From assembly GCA_964502975.1 (NCBI GenBank), contig CAZCYK010000002.1, forward strand, positions 1-28,594: DNA of 28,594 nucleotides, written 5' to 3'. The translations under genes were made by a program, and so were the position numbers. Shown in pieces: positions 24,813-28,594 of this stretch. Under the pieces are notes generated by a model. That model worked only from the letters and a program-made list of their open reading frames with translations. It searched no databases and was not told the origin of the DNA. This DNA is from an uncultured Gammaproteobacteria bacterium (GTDB lineage: Bacteria; Patescibacteriota; Microgenomatia; UBA12405). Positions within the stretch are counted from its first letter, which is position 1, and each line of letters starts with the position of its first letter.

Positions 24813-25154
24813 TTATGGCAATAAAGGGTTTAATATTCGCAAACCAGTGACGGTTTGGATTATTTGAATAATAAAATAGGCACAAAAAACAACTAAAAAA
24901 CCAATAACTGCACTAGTAATGGTTTTTTTTGATTGTTCGGCTTTTTTACTGTCACCTGAACCAGCACTAGCAATCATATTGAAACCACCAAAAAGAACAA
25001 GACCAAGAAGGATAATACCAGCGACAACAATTGCGTTGGTAAGAAGTGAACTAATAAGAGGGGAAATGCTGGTATATTTGTCAATGGTATTATTGCTATT
25101 ACCTCCAAGTGGTAATTTACCAATGTCAACAGCAATTAACAAACGTTTGTTCAT
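24813..25154 (-). CDS. VirB2/TrbC-like pilin-family protein P1
   Basis: GGFNMIASAGSGDSKKAEQSKKTITSAVIG. Confidence 0.8.
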   Translation of the reverse strand: MNKRLLIAVDIGKLPLGGNSNNTIDKYTSISPLISSLLTNAIVVAGIILLGLVLFGGFNMIASAGSGDSKKAEQSKKTITSAVIGFLVVFCAYFIIQIIQTVTGLRILNPLLP

Positions 25155-25161
25155 TGAAGAA

Positions 25162-25167
25162 ATTATA
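25162..25167 (-). promoter_or_regulatory. -10 box TATAAT 7 nt upstream of the P1 ATG
   Basis: Minus strand: agaTATAATttcttcaATG. Confidence 0.65.
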
Positions 25168-25244
25168 TCTAAACTTGATTAAAAAAGCGAATAAGAAAAA
25201 TAGGGAGTTGATTTGTTAAAAATAGTGTTATAATACGCCACTTT

Positions 25245-25294
25245 ATTTAGTTGATTAGATAACTAGTTATTTAGTTTATTAGTATAATAGTTGT
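25245..25294 (+). repeat. 8-bp tandem tract whose last units contain the TATAAT -10 (25283-25288), 6 nt before ATG 25295
   Basis: ttagttga ttagataa ctagttat ttagttta ttagTATA ATagttgt ATG. Confidence 0.7.
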
Positions 25295-26173
25295 ATGAAA
25301 AAAACTGCCCCATTAATAATAGTATTTGGTATTTGGTATTTAGTATTTAGTATAAGACCAATTGAGGCGATAACAAAAACTACTACACCTATCGTGGAGA
25401 TCACTCCAGTAGCGACAGTAACAGCAACGGTGATACCCGAACCGACTATAGTAGTCAATAATATTACGGAACCTCAAGGGAAAGAAATTGAAATTAAAGA
25501 AGTAAAATGGAATGGATTTAATACTTTTAAGGTAGCTATAAATTGGGCAGTAAAACACGGAGTGTCGACGAATACTTTAGTGTTATTGTTCTTGTTGCCT
25601 TTGGTGGCAACACTAGTTTCGTTTTTGCATTATGTGGTGGGACTGTCAGGATATGGAATATTTATGCCAACAATGATTGCAATTGCTTTTTTGGCAACTG
25701 GAATTTTTGGAGGATTGATATTATTTAGTTTGATTTTAGTAATATCTTTGGTTAGCAATATGGTGTTGCGCAAGTTTAAGCTTCATTTTTGGCCAGCTAG
25801 ATCAATTAGTTTGATGTTTATTTCGATTGGTACTTTTGTATTGATGATGTTGTCTTCTTTTGTTAATTCGATTGATATTAGTAAAATTTCGATTTTTCCA
25901 ATATTGTTTATGATTTTGTTGACTGAGGAATTTAGTCGAACTCAATTGGCGAAAAGTAAAAAAGAAGCGAAGAAATTAACAATTGGGACGGTGGTATTGG
26001 CAATTACTGGAGCAGGGGTAATGAATTTTTCGCTAGTTCAAGAAACAGTGTTGAAATATCCTGATGCAATGATAGTAATAGTACTAGTAATTAATTTATT
26101 GGTGGGGAATTATACTGGGATTAGATGGTCAGAGATTGGGAGATTTAAGAAAGGAATAAGAAATAAAAACTAG
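25295..26173 (+). CDS. 7TM protein of the ATP-grasp-associated (7TM_transglut-like) family, with a signal peptide and Thr/Pro/Val-rich stalk but no transglutaminase domain
   Basis: LVLLFLLPLVATLVSFLHYVVGLSGYGIFMPTMIAIAFLATGIFGG motif; directly upstream of the alpha-L-glutamate-ligase-like gene. Confidence 0.75.
   Translation: MKKTAPLIIVFGIWYLVFSIRPIEAITKTTTPIVEITPVATVTATVIPEPTIVVNNITEPQGKEIEIKEVKWNGFNTFKVAINWAVKHGVSTNTLVLLFLLPLVATLVSFLHYVVGLSGYGIFMPTMIAIAFLATGIFGGLILFSLILVISLVSNMVLRKFKLHFWPARSISLMFISIGTFVLMMLSSFVNSIDISKISIFPILFMILLTEEFSRTQLAKSKKEAKKLTIGTVVLAITGAGVMNFSLVQETVLKYPDAMIVIVLVINLLVGNYTGIRWSEIGRFKKGIRNKN
25320..25354 (+). repeat. 7-bp tandem repeat inside the CDS, encoding the signal-peptide h-region VFGIWYLVFSI
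   Basis: tagtatt tggtatt tggtatt tagtatt tagtata, the same unit as intergenic 2317-2351. Confidence 0.8.
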
Positions 26174-26205
26174 ATTTAAGGTTTAAGAAATTAGATTTAA
26201 GAATA
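26171..26205 (+). repeat. 7-bp tandem tract starting at the 7TM stop codon
   Basis: tagattt aaggttt aagaaat tagattt aagaata. Confidence 0.65.
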
Positions 26206-26208
26206 ATT

Positions 26209-27582
26209 ATGTTAAATTTAAAAAAATATCGAAGGTTTTTGACCAAAAATGAGCGGAATAAGGTTTATTTGAGGAAAAACACAGCCAAGGGTAGAACAAT
26301 TGCTGATAGTAAATATAGAACAAAGAAATTGTTGGCCAAAAAGGGTGTGGGGGTACCGGCTTTGATAGCTAGGTTTAAAAATGAGACAGATTTGATAAAT
26401 TTTAGATGGGAAAATTTGGAAGGTAATTTTGTGATTAAACCAGAATCGGGTTATGGTGGTGAGGGAATTATTATTGTTCGGAAAAGAGGAAAATGGGCGG
26501 GAGAATGGCAAAAAATGAATGGAGAAAAAATTACTACCCAGGATTTACAACTTCATTGTCAGGAAATATTGGCTGGTAAATATAGTTTACATTCGATGAA
26601 GGATACAGTATTGGTAGAAGAGAGAATTAAAATTCATCCTTTGTTTTTGGCGCTTACACGATCGGGAACACCAGATATCCGGGTGATTGTTTATAATAAA
26701 GTACCAGTGATGGCAATGTTTAGAATTCCAACTGAAAAATCGGGAGGTAAGGCAAATTTACACCAGGGAGCAATTGGGTTGGGAGTGGATTTGGCTACCG
26801 GAATTACCACTTTTGGAGTGGAAAAAGGAGTGCCGATTTACCGAATATATGATTTTAATAAAAAGAAAAAACGAAAAGTGAATGGAATAAAGATTCCTTT
26901 TTGGAGAGAGATATTGGAAACTGCGGTAAAGTGTCAATTGGCAATACCAAGTCTCGGGTTTATGGGGGTGGATGTAGTACTAGACAAGGAAAAAGGACCA
27001 GAAGTGTTGGAGGTAAATGCTCGGCCTGGTCTGTCAATCCAACTTTGCAATATGGCTGGGCTAAAAGGTCGGATAGAAAAAGTGGATGAAATTGAAGTAA
27101 GAAATGTGGACCATGCGATTACTTTGGCAAAGTATCTTTTTGGAGAAAAGTTTTTTGTAAAAATTGAAGAAAAAGAGAAAAATAGAACAATTGATTCGGT
27201 GGAGACGATAAGGGTGAAAATCCCTAAAGGTTTTGATCTAAAAGATGAGAATATAAAAATTATTAAAAAAGGGAAACACCGGATGGTAGAAGTGGAGGCA
27301 AAAATTGATACTGGAGCCTTGAGAAGTTCGATAGATGAAAGTTTGGCTAAACAATTGGGATTGTTGGTTGAGGATAAAATATTGTATTATCGTCACTATC
27401 GATCGGCTTTGGCTAAGTCGCATGAAAGACCGGTAATTGGGATAAATTTTTGGTTAAAAGGGAAGAAAATTTCAACAACGGTTAATGTGGCTAGTAGAGA
27501 AGGGTTGACGGCTAGATTTTTGATTGGAAGGAGAGATTTAGATGGGTTTTTAATAAAGGCAAAAGGAAATGAGAAGAAATAA
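26209..27582 (+). CDS. Alpha-L-glutamate-ligase-related ATP-grasp (ATPgrasp_ST type) fused to a C-terminal retropepsin-like RimK-associated peptidase domain
   Basis: NERN...ADSKYRTKKLL, FVIKPESGYGGEGI, GTPDIRVIV..VPVMAMFRIPTEKSGGKANLHQGA, LEVNARPGL; C-terminal AKIDTGA...ERPV...LIGRRDL. Confidence 0.85.
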   Translation: MLNLKKYRRFLTKNERNKVYLRKNTAKGRTIADSKYRTKKLLAKKGVGVPALIARFKNETDLINFRWENLEGNFVIKPESGYGGEGIIIVRKRGKWAGEWQKMNGEKITTQDLQLHCQEILAGKYSLHSMKDTVLVEERIKIHPLFLALTRSGTPDIRVIVYNKVPVMAMFRIPTEKSGGKANLHQGAIGLGVDLATGITTFGVEKGVPIYRIYDFNKKKKRKVNGIKIPFWREILETAVKCQLAIPSLGFMGVDVVLDKEKGPEVLEVNARPGLSIQLCNMAGLKGRIEKVDEIEVRNVDHAITLAKYLFGEKFFVKIEEKEKNRTIDSVETIRVKIPKGFDLKDENIKIIKKGKHRMVEVEAKIDTGALRSSIDESLAKQLGLLVEDKILYYRHYRSALAKSHERPVIGINFWLKGKKISTTVNVASREGLTARFLIGRRDLDGFLIKAKGNEKK

Positions 27583-27634
27583 AATAGAATGTTTAAATTT
27601 TTTACTTGATAATGATTTTTTATTATTTTCTTTG

Positions 27635-27721
27635 AAAAATTCTCGTTACGAATTTTTTCACTGGAAAATGAGTCTGCGTAGCAGGCTCAAAAACGTTCAA
27701 AAACTGTAACTTCGAATTTTT
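27635..27721. repeat. Long imperfect hairpin element (copy E), homolog of 3763-3850
   Basis: aaaaattc-TC-gttac...gtaac-TTC-gaattttt; inner stem gagtctgc/gcaggctc; preceded at 27604-27621 by acttgataatgatttttt, identical to the 5' arm of copy A. Confidence 0.8.
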
Positions 27722-27743
27722 ATTTATATAATTATTAAAATTT

Positions 27744-28594
27744 ATGAAAAACAAAATTGCAATTTTTTATGGAGGGAAACTGAGTGATAAGATTGAGGAA
27801 TTTGTAGGGGCGGGGGAGAAAATGGGGGTGAAGGTGGACGCGATTAGTTATGGTGAAATTTATATGAATTCTCAGGAAAAAAGTAATGGGAAAATGATGA
27901 TCAAATTTAAATCTGGTAAAAAATTGGAAGATTATGGGGTAATTTATTTTAAATTTGTGAAACATTATCGGGAAGAAGCATCGTTAATAATGGATTGTAT
28001 TGATGATGATGTGAAAGTGATTGATTCGGTATTAAGACGTGGTCGACCAAGTGATTTTTGTAAAATTCACCAGATGAAGGCAATGATAGATGCTGGTTTG
28101 AATGTGCCAAGATTAGTGATGGGAAGGTTAAAATATTTAAGATATGAAGCGATAAAACAATTTGAATATCCATTGGTATTAAAAGGAAGCCAAGGAGACA
28201 GGCGATCTCAGGTGTTTAAATTTTTTAATGATGAGAGTTGGGATAAAGGCTGGGATGTGTTTTGTGAAAGGGAAATTAACGAAGGACAAAGGTATATGCT
28301 TCAAGAATATATAGTGAATACTGAAGATTATCGGGTAATGGTATTAGGGGATAGTGTTTTGGGGGTAATGAAGAGAGCGACTGGGGAAAACCCGCTTCTT
28401 AAAAATGTATTTACTAAGGCTGAATTGCCAGATTATGTATTAGAAAAGGCAATAGCTGCAGCTAAGGCGTGTGAAATTGAAGTGGCAGGAGTGGATGTAG
28501 TATTTAAAGAAGGAGTGAAGGATCCTTATTTTTGGGAAGTAAATCGAGCTCCAAATTATGATAGATTTGTGGAAGTGACGGGGATTAATGTGGC
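27744..28594 (+). CDS. RimK/LysX-family ATP-grasp ligase, 3' end outside the window
   Basis: Not in the ORF track (no stop). Manual translation: MKNKIAIFYGG...AGLNVPR...YPLVLKGSQG...YMLQEYI..TEDYRVMVLG...AGVDVV...WEVNRAPN, open to the window end. Confidence 0.85.
   Translation, partial: MKNKIAIFYGGKLSDKIEEFVGAGEKMGVKVDAISYGEIYMNSQEKSNGKMMIKFKSGKKLEDYGVIYFKFVKHYREEASLIMDCIDDDVKVIDSVLRRGRPSDFCKIHQMKAMIDAGLNVPRLVMGRLKYLRYEAIKQFEYPLVLKGSQGDRRSQVFKFFNDESWDKGWDVFCEREINEGQRYMLQEYIVNTEDYRVMVLGDSVLGVMKRATGENPLLKNVFTKAELPDYVLEKAIAAAKACEIEVAGVDVVFKEGVKDPYFWEVNRAPNYDRFVEVTGINV

Noticed and set aside
21468-25154. Type IV (PilA-like) pilins
   Set aside because: No class III signal (G|FTLxE) and two hydrophobic helices around a GD[PE]KK loop, which fits VirB2/TrbC-like proteins instead.
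3763-27721. Integron attC sites as the identity of the long hairpins
   Set aside because: No RYYYAAC...GTTRRRY boxes (D and E have GTT 5' and AAC 3', the opposite order), and no integrase is seen. Retained only as an analogy.
303-28173. The many short antisense or overlapping ORFs in the track (e.g. 1013-1321, 6539-6943, 10066-10476, 17672-18003, 19365-19689, 20257-20696, 21502-21849, 23976-24269, 27735-28173)
   Set aside because: They lie within well-supported genes on another strand or frame, have shadow-like composition and show no motifs. The two at the right end are antisense to the real RimK-like ORF.
1-28594. Alternative genetic code (UGA=Gly, as in Gracilibacteria/Absconditabacteria)
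   Set aside because: TGA ends yidD and the flippase at expected lengths, and long ORFs are intact under code 11.
1-28594. tRNA, rRNA, tmRNA, RNase P RNA, transposase, reverse transcriptase/DGR, prophage
   Set aside because: No cloverleaf or T-loop motifs, no long GC-rich RNA gene, no DDE/HUH/YxDD motifs, and no TR/VR pair with adenine-only mismatches were seen by eye.

Overview
Low-GC chromosomal segment (about one-third GC by eye) using genetic code 11. Gene content and style point to a Patescibacteria/CPR bacterium, probably Microgenomates such as Shapirobacteria; this is inferred, not from a database hit. Left to right: (1) rpmH(partial)-rnpA-yidD-yidC-jag/khpB, a block usually found near the origin; (2) surface-glycan genes: O-antigen-ligase-like, Wzx-like flippase, and a pseudo-SDR/TM/DUF4012 fusion; (3) RNHCP protein, ftsH, a membrane-anchored Clp-type AAA+ protein with an apparently dead first ATPase ring, and a 1108-aa orphan; (4) a 7.5-kb minus-strand locus of eight tandem VirB2/TrbC-like pilin genes, a secreted protein with SpoIID motifs in permuted order, and a VirB6/TrbL-like membrane protein; (5) a divergent 7TM + ATP-grasp/aspartic-peptidase fusion + RimK-like cluster, truncated at the right edge. 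The non-coding DNA is highly organised. Eleven genes have a -10 box 5-7 nt before the start codon, suggesting leaderless mRNAs. 7-8-bp tandem repeats abut stop codons. Six long hairpins share a 2x3 internal-loop signature with compensatory changes. Short GC-rich palindromic elements nest in each other and sit in frame inside four genes. No rRNA, tRNA, CRISPR array, transposase or integrase was recognised. All assignments are by-eye motif recognition; no searches were run.
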